From positions 62,001-126,000 of the forward strand of contig NMRA01000722.1 in NCBI GenBank assembly GCA_002633005.1: a stretch of DNA of 64,000 nt, written 5' to 3'. Positions 39,437 through 50,610 of the stretch are shown here, in pieces. Both the position numbers and the translations under genes were made by a program. The first letter of the stretch is position 1, and the number at the start of each line of letters is the position of its first letter. The notes under the pieces were generated by a model that worked only from the letters and a program-made list of their open reading frames with translations, did not search any database and was not told the origin of the DNA. The stretch comes from Phoronis australis. Taxonomy: Eukaryota; Animalia; Phoronida.

Positions 39437-39578
39437 TTGTATGGCTGTACTCCTCAATCCAGGTCCCTAAGCCTTTAGACAGTACACCGTGCTTGATGAC
39501 TTCAAGTTGCAGAAGACAGACATACTGTACTTTTAAGAGGGCCCCAGTCTCCGTCTCCTTTGTGTCGGCCTCCTTCAA
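39437..39578 (-). CDS. RDM1: RDM1 coding exon 4
   Basis: LKEADTKETETGALLKVQYVCLLQLEVIKHGVLSKGLGTWIEEYSHT; donor gtgagg; phases 0/1 fit neighbours. Confidence 0.85.
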
Positions 39579-40449
39579 CTTCAAAATATTAACCCCTGGT
39601 TACAAGTAGCACAAGTAACACCTTGTATCATAAAATCTCACAAGTAACATTCCATAAACAGCAAACACTCCCAAGTATTGCTTTGCAATAAACAGCCCCA
39701 AGTAATACTTTACCCATTTCAAGTTATGTGCGGTATCAGATGCTTTGAAAAATTACAGGCACAACAATGTTAGACAGAAAAACGAAAGAATAGCTACTTT
39801 AGCAACCCTGCAATTTGGGATGTTATTGAATGAATGGGCAGCCAACAAATGTAGTACGAATTTAAATGTATGATGCCAACAACGACCCATGATATGCAAG
39901 ACAACCCCAAGTTGCTAACCCGACAATCGTGGTCAGTAACCAGACAGTGTTCTATTGATCAACACAGAAATTTCTAGCAATTGTTGATTTAACTGCTAGC
40001 ACAGCAAACTGTTTTAGGTTTCTGAGTGGTGCCAGGCAATCTTTGATGTCTGAAATGGCACAGTACAGTAAAATGTCACCAATTTTGAATGCAATATGAT
40101 CCATAAATGAAATTGCTATTTCTTAACTTTATTGAACACCAAATAAATGTTATGTCACTCTTAAACGTCTGCTGTAGCTACCATTTGAAATTGTGGTTAT
40201 TCACAACAATGTTGGAAGCCTTAGAAAAATGAAAAAAGGCCAATTTTGGGAATTATTTTTGTCTGAAATAGGTGAGTTGTATGCAATAAATTCCAAAGGT
40301 GAATTAAGCTACTATTTCTTCTACAAGTAACTGTTCACAGATGGCTGTATAACTAATGCAGATCTAACATCTTCGCTCAGACAAAACCATTTCAACAAGC
40401 CACAATGACACTAATAAAATGCAGTGCTCGAGCCATCCCGCAAATGCAC

Positions 40450-40576
40450 ACTATGGTTACTTGAACCTGGTCTGTTGGGCTGTGTTTAGCTTATTCCTAG
40501 ATGCTAAGAGACATCACTAAGGATCTATGAATGAGCTAAATACAGTCCAGCAAACCAGGTTCAAGGAGCAATAGCA
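40450..40576. repeat. Imperfect inverted repeat (small foldback)
   Basis: CTTGAACCTGGT...TTTAGCT pairs with AGCTAAA...ACCAGGTTCAAG. Confidence 0.65.
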
Positions 40577-41004
40577 AGGATTGATATTACAAAGTCAGCA
40601 GAGAACAATAAGAGTCCTTATAAAGGGTGCCCAATGTCATTATTTGGATAATAAACAGGTCCTGACTAGTTAAACAGAACAGAATTTCCACGTTTTATGT
40701 GGATGCAACAGTGACGTAGGCCAAAGTGTTTCATCTATCTAAAGATAGCTCACATTACAGCACATCAAGGAAAAATCAATGGTTCTTTTTCAACTTGAAT
40801 GACAAAAAAGCATACAAGTTAAAAAAATCACTGTGTAGCCACAGAAATAGGAGAACTGTCATGACTGAGGAAATTCTTAAGACTTGATGATAAGTAGACA
40901 CTTTGGCACCTGTAGATAGATGATAGAAAAAACAAATGCAGAAACGCAGAGACACAACAGTTTACCATGCTTTACCAACAGCCATACAGGATTACTATTA
41001 ATAC

Positions 41005-41121
41005 CATTAAAATTTTGCTGTTCCATCCATTGAAGCCAAGATAGTAATTGGCTAGCTCTTTACACTTCACACAGGGCAAGGCATAACTCGTCAGTGACTT
41101 CCTTCTATTGGCAAACCTAAC
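41005..41121 (-). CDS. RDM1: RDM1 coding exon 3 (RAD52-like motif)
   Basis: VRFANRRKSLTSYALPCVKCKELANYYLGFNGWNSKILM; donor gtatta. Confidence 0.92.
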
Positions 41122-41400
41122 CTTGAAATAAAAACAATTAAAGACAATGTTGATGTAGTTGGACAAATGTGTGTTTGTCATGCGCACATATTCATACCTG
41201 ATGTTTATACAAGTCATGTAATCAAGTGGTGATTAAGGCACATATTGCTACAGGGTAACATTACCAGTATTACACAAACACCCTTCCAATACACATAACA
41301 TAAAATTACCTATTTCCAACATTTCATTACAAAGACATGACCACCATCCTAATACACATAACATAAAAGTACCTATTCCAACACTTCATTTTCACGTTAA

Positions 41401-42446
41401 AGCTGCATTTAACCTTGTTTAGCTAGCTAAAAATTGAAAATCCAATTACGATTAAAAATTCTCCATCTTGGTACAGTCTCTAAAATTTGGGACAGGATGG
41501 AAATTCAAGCTAGACTGACTTTTCTTTATTCTGAAAATTGTCACATGGGTAGTTCTGACATTCATCATATTTGTCAACTATTGGACGCTGCATTTCATAC
41601 CACACTGCATTTCGTACTCCGCTGCATTTCATACCATGCTGCATTTCATACCACACTGCATTTCATACCACACTACATTCCATACCACACTGCATTTTAT
41701 ACCACACTGCATTTTATACCACACTCCATTTCATACCACACTGCATTCCATACCACGTTGCATTTCATACCACGCTGCATTTCATACCACTGCATTGCAT
41801 ACCACACTGCATTCCATACCACACTGCATTTTATACCACACTGCATTCCATACTACGCTGCATTTCATACCACGCTGCATTCCATACCACACTGCATTTC
41901 ATTCAACACTGCATTTCATACCACACTGCATTTCATACCACACTGCATTCCATACAACACTGCATTTCATACCACACTGCATTCCATACCACACTGCATT
42001 TCATACCACACTGCATTTCATACCACACTGCATTCCATACCACACTGCATTTCATACCACCCAGGTAAGAAAATAGACTTGGTAATTCACAAAGCCTTTA
42101 AAAATAGCCACCACGGCAATGTTTCCATGTGTCCCTATAGCGCGTAACATCAAGTGGAATGATCATGTGCCATTAATCATAATTCGTGAATTTGGGATGG
42201 CCAATATTGCCTATTTTTAAAGTTTAGCCTAGAGCAAAATAATTTTCATTCTTCACCGTTCCAAATTGGATGATTTTCACTGTAAGCCGTTCAGTCTCTG
42301 AAAATGAGTATCATAATATTCCTGAGTTGCTGAGGATTTCGATGCTCATAGAATCTCATCACAGAAAGGAACATTGAGACAAATTTTATTTGTGAGAGTG
42401 AAAGGCCTGCTTTTTTTTAGCCAGCTGAACAGAGTGAAATGCAATT
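41401..42446. mobile_element. TTAA-flanked MITE (TIR family of 6356-6629) carrying a minisatellite
   Basis: TTAA at 41397-400 and 42447-50; TIR AGCTGCATTTAACCTTGTTTAGCTAGCTAAAAA / TTTTTAGCCAGCTGAACAGAGTGAAATGCAATT. Confidence 0.7.
41585..42060. repeat. 17-bp minisatellite, ~28 copies (CACTGCATTTCATACCA)
   Basis: Directly visible; explains the three overlapping His-rich ORFs. Confidence 0.95.
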
Positions 42447-42460
42447 TTAAACATAGATTG

Positions 42461-42631
42461 CAGGGCTTGACATTTTGCATAACGTCAACTCACCAAATGC
42501 CACCTGGCAAAATTTCCATGCCACCTAATGGGAAATGAGCTTGGCAAAACAAGAAATCCCTGTAAGTGCGGAGTTTTGAAAGTTGTGGTCTACAGAAACG
42601 ATGCATACTTGGCAACAGTTGTCAAGCCCTA
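42461..42631. mobile_element. Small hAT-like MITE
   Basis: TIR CAGGGCTTGACA / TGTCAAGCCCTA; no TSD recognised. Confidence 0.5.
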
Positions 42632-42975
42632 GACGACATTTTTCTTGCTTAGTTGAACAGAAAACTACTAGTATGTGGTATGCTCAGTGAAGACCAAAAT
42701 GAATTCTTTGCTCAGGTCCAAAATCCCGTCCAGGCTCATATCTGACCTAAAGGAACAGCAGACGATCAGAACAAGTATTGTGTCACGATCTGATCCATCT
42801 GCTTTTTTGTCAAACAATTCTGATTCTCGTTTGTTTACGCATTAATGAGCTGTAGGCCAACAAATTGCGCCCTAGTTTGGCACAAACATAAAATAGCAGT
42901 TGAGGTTAATTCTTCGACTGCTCAGTGATACTGCTCAGTGATACTGCTAAATAAATACATGCATCTTTTACTAAC

Positions 42976-43182
42976 CTTGAGACGTTGTCCTTTCATAACC
43001 AGGCAGTTTTCAAACTTAGTTTTGGCCTTCCGGGCAGCCTTAGTAGAATAGAATTTAACAAAGCCATAACCAACATTGGATTGCTCTTGACAGAGGACAT
43101 CATTAGCCAACACTGGTATAACGTTGAACACCTGAACTTCATAGAGTAGTCCAAAAGGAGAAAATAATTTCTGCAGCCTCAC
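42976..43182 (-). CDS. RDM1: RDM1 coding exon 2 (RRM)
   Basis: VRLQKLFSPFGLLYEVQVF...YGFVKFYSTKAARKAK...QRLK; tttcag acceptor, gttagt donor. Confidence 0.93.
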
Positions 43183-43726
43183 CTGAAATTGTGACAGCAA
43201 AATCTTAAAAGCACACACAACCCATTGCCTCGTTCCTCATTGCGAGGAGGATGCAGGCTGCTTTGTGCAAAAAAATCTGTAATTTTATGACTTTTTATAG
43301 TTTTGATTTTTTAACCAAAACATCTATTTCAATTGACAAATGTTTTGACAAAAGGAGGTGGTCTTACAACCATGGTTTTTCTGAACTAGAATGCAAGGAC
43401 ACGGGGCTTTGGAGATTTTTTTGTACCTGAATCAAAAGTCTTTATTCGTTTCCATGTATCATGCAAAAAATCGATTTAAATTTAACTGTCCTATTTGCCA
43501 AACTTGGGTCCACCACCTGTAATTGCTTAAACTAGCTGCAAAGAAAAATGTAAGACCACTTATTTCTCACAATAATTATTGCCAAAATAGTCGTTTTTAG
43601 AGAATATTGCACGGCAACTTTAGGAAAAGATCACCTGACCCACCAAAGACCATAATGTCCAATCTGTGACATAGGGAGAATGACTTTTTAGTTGACTGAT
43701 GCCAATGATACAGCAGGTGGCAGAAC

Positions 43727-43897
43727 GAGGATTGGTGTAATACCCGGTAGTATTCTTTCAATCATGACCAGGTTACATCTAAATACAAGGCTTTGAAAGC
43801 ACACAGGTTATAAGAGGATTGGTGTAATACCCGGTAGTATTCTTTCAATCATGACCAGGTTACATCTAAATACAAGGCTTTGAAAGCACACAGGTTA
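43727..43897. repeat. 87-bp tandem duplication
   Basis: GAGGATTGGTGTAATACC...CACAGGTTA twice, essentially identical. Confidence 0.9.
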
Positions 43898-44019
43898 CAA
43901 TTCCCAACTTTCTTTTGAGGCATGCAAATTGAAATCTAACAGAGGAATAAAATTGGACTATGTGGGTATTTGTATTTTCAAAACTGATCAAGACTCACAG
44001 CAATTTTTTCAACAAAAAC

Positions 44020-44280
44020 ACCAGGGGATATGACGTCAAACCACCTGCCACATGCAGTGTTAAAAATGACGAGTTTTTGATTTTGGGAACTGAACGAGGG
44101 ACTGCTCGAAAAAAGTTTGGTAACGAGAGTATGTCTGCGAGAAGTACATGATCGAAGGCCTCCTAAGGTGTTCCTTTATACGCAATGAGGTACCTATATC
44201 AATGTGAATTTGATGTTTTAGTCAGTGTGAGGCATAATTCGCCGAAAAGCTTAAGCGCACGAAGCCTACACCGTCTCTAG
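44020..44280. mobile_element. Half copy of the foldback element found at 58115-58709
   Basis: Shared CAGTGTGAGGCATAATTCGCCGAAAAGCTT, CCTCCTAAGGT and terminal CGTCTC(C)TAG. Confidence 0.75.
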
Positions 44281-44498
44281 TTGACTAGAGATGGTGGTCA
44301 CTGTCTAGGTTTATCAGCTAATTCAACTGCATCACTAACTCACAGCTGAAGCTAGACCTGATACAATGTGGATAAACCCAGTTGTGATGACAGAATCTGG
44401 TTTAAAGGGCATGTTAAGTGAACCGTGGCTAAATACACCCACTNCAACTTGTGTTACAAGCCATTTATAATTTGACAATTATTGTCAAATTCAATTAC

Positions 44499-44600
44499 CA
44501 GCAATTCCTCCTCTGAGTCAAATAATCTAGGGATATCAGAAATCATTAAATTAGTCTCATTGCCAGAGGGAATCTTGAAATCTATGACATCAGCATCCAT
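44499..44600 (-). CDS. RDM1: RDM1 coding exon 1
   Basis: MDADVIDFKIPSGNETNLMISDIPRLFDSEEELL then gtaatt; resembles the RDM1 N-terminus (F.VP....TL.V..L). Confidence 0.88.
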
Positions 44601-44896
44601 CTCTTTCCATCACAGCCAAGACAGGCTTTAATCACTCATCATCTTAGATCACATCCACTTGCTCTCTTTGAACACGTTCTCAACCGTTCATACACCTATA
44701 GATTGACTGTCCAAAAACAAACAATAACAATGTAACTGTTGTATATTAGTCAATACCAGGACACGTATGCAACATTTCTAACAAAATTATATTTTATATA
44801 TTCTCACTATCTATTTTCTTAAACATGTTGAAGAAAGTCACAAAATATAAGAACATTTTTTTGTTCTTTTTTGTTGGTCAATTTATAATAGACAAC
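44601..44896. promoter_or_regulatory. Probable bidirectional promoter and 5' UTRs of RDM1 and VCPKMT
   Basis: 296 bp between divergent ATGs; YY1-like AACATGGCGG over the VCPKMT start; CHR-like TTTGAA at 44667. Confidence 0.6.
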
Positions 44897-45144
44897 ATGG
44901 CGGCCTCCATGGACAATCTGTTTGTGCGGGAGATAGAAAGACAAAATGGGGAAATTTTGCGAGTTAACCAAAGTGGATTTGGAGATGTAGGCTGTGTTGT
45001 ATGGGATGCTGCCCTTGTGTTGTTGTCGTATTTAGAAACTCCGGATTTTGTTAGGGAAAATGGGAAAAACATGTTGGAGAATAAACGTGTGATAGAACTT
45101 GGCTCTGGCACTGGAGCTGTTGGGCTGCAGGCGGCGTGTTGTGG
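44897..45144 (+). CDS. VCPKMT: VCPKMT exon 1
   Basis: MAASMDNLFVRE...GDVGCVVWDAALVL...VIELGSGTGAVGLQAACCG; donor gtaagg. Confidence 0.95.
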
Positions 45145-45194
45145 GTAAGGCCTGGCTAGAGTTCAGTGTAAATCACGTGTTGTGGGTTAGGCCG

Positions 45195-46633
45195 GGTTAT
45201 TGTTTACAATCCGACTCCATTAACGTACATACTTGATACTACTATTTTCTGAATCCTCTAGTCATGGTGATTCCAAAAATGTATACTCGGGAACCCAATG
45301 GTCGTCCGCCTAAGCATAAAACCGACTTGCTGTTGTACTCACCGAATTATTCCACTTCAAAGTTATGATCTGAATAGGATTCGATTTAACTCTCACAGAT
45401 ATACCGCATTCATCGATTCTGAAGTTTTCTTTAATTTGTGCCGAGTTATTTCAAATGTGCACTGCCTTCCGCAGCCATTTTATTGTGACACCTAAGGTCG
45501 TCATATGCTGCCCCCTGAAGGCCAACGAAGTAATGAAAATTGCAACAGCCTGTTTTTATTGACATAAACTCGATTTGAAGCTTTGATGTTGAGCTCTGCA
45601 CTGTGGTTTCCAATAAAAGCCAATTGGACAACATTTCAATGCAGTTTAATGGTGAATGCGTGAGGCAAAAATGTTAAGAACCCAGCGTATCGCATTTGTC
45701 TGCGGATTTTTCCTTTGGCCTTCTAGATCCTACTAGTGCCTGGGACAAACAGATACATTGCATAAACAAACCCTGGATCATGTTTTGTGTCCCGTCGGAA
45801 GAAAATTTAAATTCGAAAACATCTTCTGAAAATGCACAAAAAAGTGTATTAGTAAAATCTACTGATTTTTAAGTGGTTTTAAAAAACAATCGGTAAACTC
45901 ACCGATTTTTGTCTCATTACTTTGATACGTGTCTCTTCCGATAAGTTAGTACCTAACGTGCACACGAGCACTCCAAATTGGAACGCTAAGTCCCGCGTGG
46001 TTGCGCTGCACGCGAAACAAGATGGCGGACGACCTTTGGAGCCTGACGACAATAGGTAACCGGACTATATTACTTGTACTGATTGGGCGATTATTATTCA
46101 CAATTTCCGAGATTTTCCAAAGTGTTCATTTGCAACGCGGATTTAGTGAGGCAGCCATTTTTAAAAGTGGGACACCTGTCGGCAGGATTGATAACTAACG
46201 GTTAACCGCGAGATGTTAAGTGTTTTCGAGGACGACATTTGTCTGCGAGAACAAACACTCTCGTGTTTTTTCTAATGAAGTTTTGAAGAGGGAATCCTTT
46301 ATAAATGACTATTACTGTTTTTTACTCAGAGTTTCCCTAACATGCCACGCGGTATCTTCAACATACTAGCCAATTTTGGGGTCTTTTTGACACAAGCATG
46401 ATTGTTGTATTTATCATTCCTGCTGACAGGTGTCGCAGTTTTATAATGGCAATCACTCGAGATCGGCTGCCGCAAATGAACACATCGTGAAAACGGTGAA
46501 TGCATGAATAAAAAGAGCCTAATCGGTACGAGTAATACATTTTTAGAATCACCATGATAACTATGACGAGAGGATTCAGAAAATATTAATATCAAGTATG
46601 TACGTTAATGGAGCCGGATTGTAAACAATAACC
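45195..46633. mobile_element. 1.4-kb non-autonomous TIR element in VCPKMT intron 1
   Basis: ~100-bp TIR starting GGTTATTGTTTACAATCCG.CTCCATTAACGTACATACTTGATA; no TSD or transposase recognised. Confidence 0.8.
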
Positions 46634-47119
46634 GAGTTTAGGGTAAATCACTGACGTGTTGTGGTGAAGGCCTGGCTAGAGCTCAGTGTGAATCACTTGT
46701 TGTGGGTATCTCCTGGTTAGAGTTCAGTGTAAATCGCGTGTTCTCTTTTAAAATACACTACAATACCTCAAGTAGTCTCGCATAGGCTTGCTTTTTAGCG
46801 AGATCCTAGTGTTACTACACTTTGTTTGTTGTATTATAATTACAGTTATGCACAGTTCAAATTTTATTCTCTAATATGCGCCAACATATAAGATCAAGGA
46901 TCGGCACTTTGATTGCTTGTTGAACTCCGGAAGAAGAAGCCAAGGGTGGTTTATCTGCTGTGCATGAACTTGGAATCCTGCTTAATCTCAAGATTGTGTA
47001 TGAGTGAACTATGTTTCACCTGTCACTGTGCTCTTACTATCAGTTAAACGCAATTTACATGAGTGAAATGTATAAAAATGAGTAAAAATCAGTTCTCTAT
47101 CTGAATATGTTGTTTATAG

Positions 47120-47300
47120 GGCAGATACAGTTATCACGGATCTGAAGGACTTTGTGCCATTGATGGAGCTGAACATCAAGACCAATAAAGAACTTGTTGG
47201 AGACAAAATCCAGGCCAGAGAACTTAATTGGGAAGAGCCATGTCAAGAATTTGGGCTGTTTGACTTTGTTCTACTGGCAGACTGTATTTACTATGAAGCG
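47120..47300 (+). CDS. VCPKMT: VCPKMT exon 2
   Basis: ADTVITDLKDFVPLMELNIKTN...LNW...DFVLLADCIYYEA; tttatag acceptor, gtactg donor. Confidence 0.95.
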
Positions 47301-48865
47301 GTACTGATTTAACGCATTGGTTTGTAGCTTTCACGACAGGTCACTCTTGTTACTCCGATGCTTGGTCTTGGCTGCAATGATGGGGAGTGCTCAGCACTCC
47401 ATGTCGTTTTTGTCTGATTCTTTTTGGCATGTATCAGTACTTTACTGTGTGTCTGGGAGTTTATTGCAAATTCTGATATTTTCATTGCTAAATCACAATT
47501 ACAACATGTGCATTTTAATGGGATGATTTTGCTGAAAATTACTTTAAGGTTATGTAGAACTAGAAAAATAATAATTAATTTGGCTAATTTTGGAACATCA
47601 TATCTCAAAAATGGCTAATCGGATTTCAGATACTTTGCTTTATGCTCTTTTCTCCAAAATGCCATTAGGAATTCTTTTCAAAATGTTGTATTTTTGCATG
47701 AAGGGCTATCAAAATATGACTTATGATTTCAATGAATAACTGACCATTTGTAAAAAACGAAAGATAATAATAATTTAGAAAACTAACTGCGTTTTTGACA
47801 CTTCATCTTCAACGTTTCTCATGAAATGTGGCCATATTGATACAGTTATTTTGCTGTCAATGTACCTTTCATTTTTTGCTAGATTTCACTAAAAACATGG
47901 TCACATGACCCAATTAATGGTAAATTAGTAAACATTTAAGAATCGAATTCTACAGGCCTTCTACTTTTAAGAAATATTTCGTTTACTGAGTTAAAATCTC
48001 CATTTTGTACACATTTGGCTAAACATACAAACGTATTGACAAGGTTCTACATAAACTTAAGATTCTATAAACTATGCTTTGGTGTTTTGGTGTTAAAAAC
48101 ATCAAATTTGCTCACAAGTGTATTTTACTATTCCTAAGCAGTACCATCTCATTCTTTTCCTTTGTTTGAATTGAAATTGATTCTGGTAGGAGTTCTTTTT
48201 ATGACCATATTACCATGGCAACTGAGACTGACAAGTAAAGGCGTGGTCTGAAACTAGTATGGCATTTCAGTTAATCTCTAGCCAAAATTCACTTCTAATC
48301 TCCGTAAGGAACAAAATTATATTGATTTTATATCTGCAAATCAAAAAGTGGTTTTTGACTGAAGGCACCTGGTTATTGCTCTTCATATCATGTCATAGAT
48401 TATGCAGATTCGTGGGGTATTCCTATGACACAACAGAAGAATGTGGTAAGGTAAAAATTCTTCAGTTTGGGACACAATACGTTGGGCAGGTGTAATTTCA
48501 TTTTGTCAAAATTTTCTACAAAAATGTCTTTTCAAGAAAATTTGCTTTGCTTTTAGCATGGTGTGTATGGTATTTCCATGATAGCAAGTAGCAGCATATA
48601 TTAATAAAAACAACTACGGTTTTAAATCGACTTGACATGTTTCGGTGCCATTTATTCAAACACCATCATCAGAAGAGAGAATATAGTGGCCACCTACCTA
48701 GGCCCAGCAACAAGTGATGAAACACAGTTTGTATGTTATCAAACATTTGGTAAAATTTGGGTGCGTTTACAACAACGGAATAAGCATATGAAAAATATGT
48801 CAATTTTAGCATTTATTTTTGTCCCAAATTGAAGGTTTTTTTCTGCAGTTTGTCATTTTTGGCAG

Positions 48866-48982
48866 TCAGTGTGTGTATTATACGTATATTGTCTTATTTT
48901 GTAGCCAGTGTGTGTATTATACGTATATTGTCTTATTTTGTAGCCAGTGTGTGTATTATACGTATATTGTCTTATTTTGTAG
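48866..48982 (+). repeat. 39-bp tandem repeat x3 ending at the exon 3 acceptor
   Basis: CCAGTGTGTGTATTATACGTATATTGTCTTATTTTGTAG; AGs end at 48904, 48943 and 48982. Confidence 0.95.
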
Positions 48983-49102
48983 TCGTTGGAGCCCCTTGTG
49001 CAGACTATCAGACAAGTGAGTGGTGATCACACGACTGTGTTGTGTTGTTTTGAAGAAAGAATGTCTGGAGACAAACCACGGCTGCAACAGGAATTCTTCA
49101 GG
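48983..49102 (+). CDS. VCPKMT: VCPKMT exon 3
   Basis: SLEPLVQTIRQVSGDHTTVLCCFEERMSGDKPRLQQEFFR; donor gtcagt. Confidence 0.93.
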
Positions 49103-49744
49103 GTCAGTTGGTTTGTGCACAACTTAAGTGTGAGATCGAAAATCAAACTTTTGGACATAAATGGAATGGTTCAGTGGCTATTTAGTCCAGATATCATTTG
49201 TACACTCTAAGAAACTTGTATACCAGGTTTACAGTTGGTGGAGATTGATTTGTGAATATAACACTGGTGAATACAACACTTGGATAATGTGAGTGGTCTG
49301 GTTCATCACCATGTAGACATGAAATGATAGTCTCTCGGCAGTTAAGAAACAACACCTTTGATCCACTTGCCTTTTTTGACCTATGCTGCAACCATCTTCA
49401 GGGGATTAAAAATTTGGCAGTTGGCTCTCGCTATTGTTTATGCATAAAGTGGCATCATAGCACAAATTGGATAAACTGCCCTTAGCTGCTAGCTTCCCTG
49501 CTCCAGACTGTCAAAATTTCTCACCAAACAGTGGACATTCGCTCAGGGGATGATGTTCAACTTCACGCTCATACACATTAAGTTTGCGGTATTGAGATAA
49601 AGAGTTACCACTTATTTGCTCTAATCGGGGATTTTTTATATCTTGTTAATAATTTCTACATAAATTTTGCATTATGCTCTGAAAGTTGCACATATTTAAG
49701 AGTATTTGGTTGCACTAAAATCTTCAAATGTTTTTACATTTCAG

Positions 49745-49864
49745 CTCATAGAAGAAGCGTTTCATGTAGAGAAGGTACCCCTAGAGAGACAAGACAAATT
49801 CTTCCGAAGTGAAGATATTCATATCATGAAATTCTTCAGAAGACAAGCCAGTGACACGGGATAA
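49745..49864 (+). CDS. VCPKMT: VCPKMT exon 4 (stop)
   Basis: LIEEAFHVEKVPLERQDKFFRSEDIHIMKFFRRQASDTG*; acceptor tttttacatttcag. Confidence 0.93.
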   Translation, partial: LIEEAFHVEKVPLERQDKFFRSEDIHIMKFFRRQASDTG

Positions 49865-50104
49865 TGTTGACTGACCTCAAAGGGTTCCAAGTACGATGGA
49901 TCATTGAAGTGGAGGTTTATAAAACACCTTAATGTGGTACTTCTGTTGTTTGTAGAATTAACACCACTTGAAAAATGGAAATGGATTCACAAAGTGGAGT
50001 TAAAAACAGAAAAGCTCCTCTATTTACTATCTGTCTGAGGAAACAGAATGGAAACCTTTGTCATGAATTAAGAAAAACAAGTTGGTAATGACGTCCGATT
50101 TCAA

Positions 50105-50110
50105 AATAAA
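50105..50110 (+). terminator. Candidate polyadenylation signal of VCPKMT
   Basis: AATAAA ~240 nt after the stop codon. Confidence 0.45.
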
Positions 50111-50417
50111 AAGTTATGCGTATTCAATTAGAACAAGTAGGTTAAGTAGTTTTCCTACAATCCACTCAGCAGGATGCACAAACGACCTAGTTCTGTTTGC
50201 GCATATTGTCTTTATGCACAAATCTTGCCCCTTCACTTTGCAGTGCCCAAGTGTTTAGGTATCCCTCTCTAGGATTTGTAGGCAATTGCAAAACTTGGTG
50301 GAAAGTACTTTTTCACCCACTACCCCTATTTTTTTGAACATATTTGGCTATTATGGTCCTCATGGACTGCTTGAAACCTTGTGTAGCTGAGGAGGAGGGT
50401 GATGTTGCTGCAGAGCT

Positions 50418-50610
50418 CCCAGCTGATTGTGTCTTGCCATCAGCTGACGGTGCCTCATCTGTGTAGAGCCATCAATTGATTGTGTCTCGCCTATTAAGAT
50501 CCATCAGCTGATTGTGCCTCGCCTGTGTAAAGCCATCAGCTGATTGTGCCTTGCCTGTGTAAAGCCATCGGCTGATGGTGCCTCACCTGTGTTGAGCCAT
50601 CACCTGTGTA
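50418..50610. repeat. ~32-bp degenerate minisatellite (GCCATCAGCTGATTGTGCCTCGCCTGTGTAAA)
   Basis: About 6 copies visible. Confidence 0.8.

Larger units (their letters stand above)
34417..44600 (-). other. RDM1: Gene span: RAD52 motif-containing protein 1, 6 coding exons, 858 nt, 285 aa
   Basis: join(44499-44600,42976-43182,41005-41121,39437-39578,37916-38103,34417-34518); all introns GT-AG with consistent phases; RRM, ELANYYLGFNG and AFQRLVLVVL motifs as recalled for vertebrate RDM1. Confidence 0.92.
44897..49864 (+). other. VCPKMT: Gene span: VCP lysine methyltransferase (METTL21D), 4 exons, 222 aa
   Basis: join(44897-45144,47120-47300,48983-49102,49745-49864); GDVGCVVWDAA, VIELGSGTG, TDL, ADCIYY, EER and SEDIHI motifs. 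Confidence 0.93.

Noticed and set aside
41434-42147. Three overlapping His-rich ORFs (237, 165 and 146 aa)
   Set aside because: Translation of a stop-free 17-bp minisatellite in RDM1 intron 2
44825-44896. N-terminal extension of the VCPKMT ORF from ATG 44825
   Set aside because: Low-complexity AT-rich sequence; ATG 44897 has a much better start context (AACATGG) and gives the expected protein length
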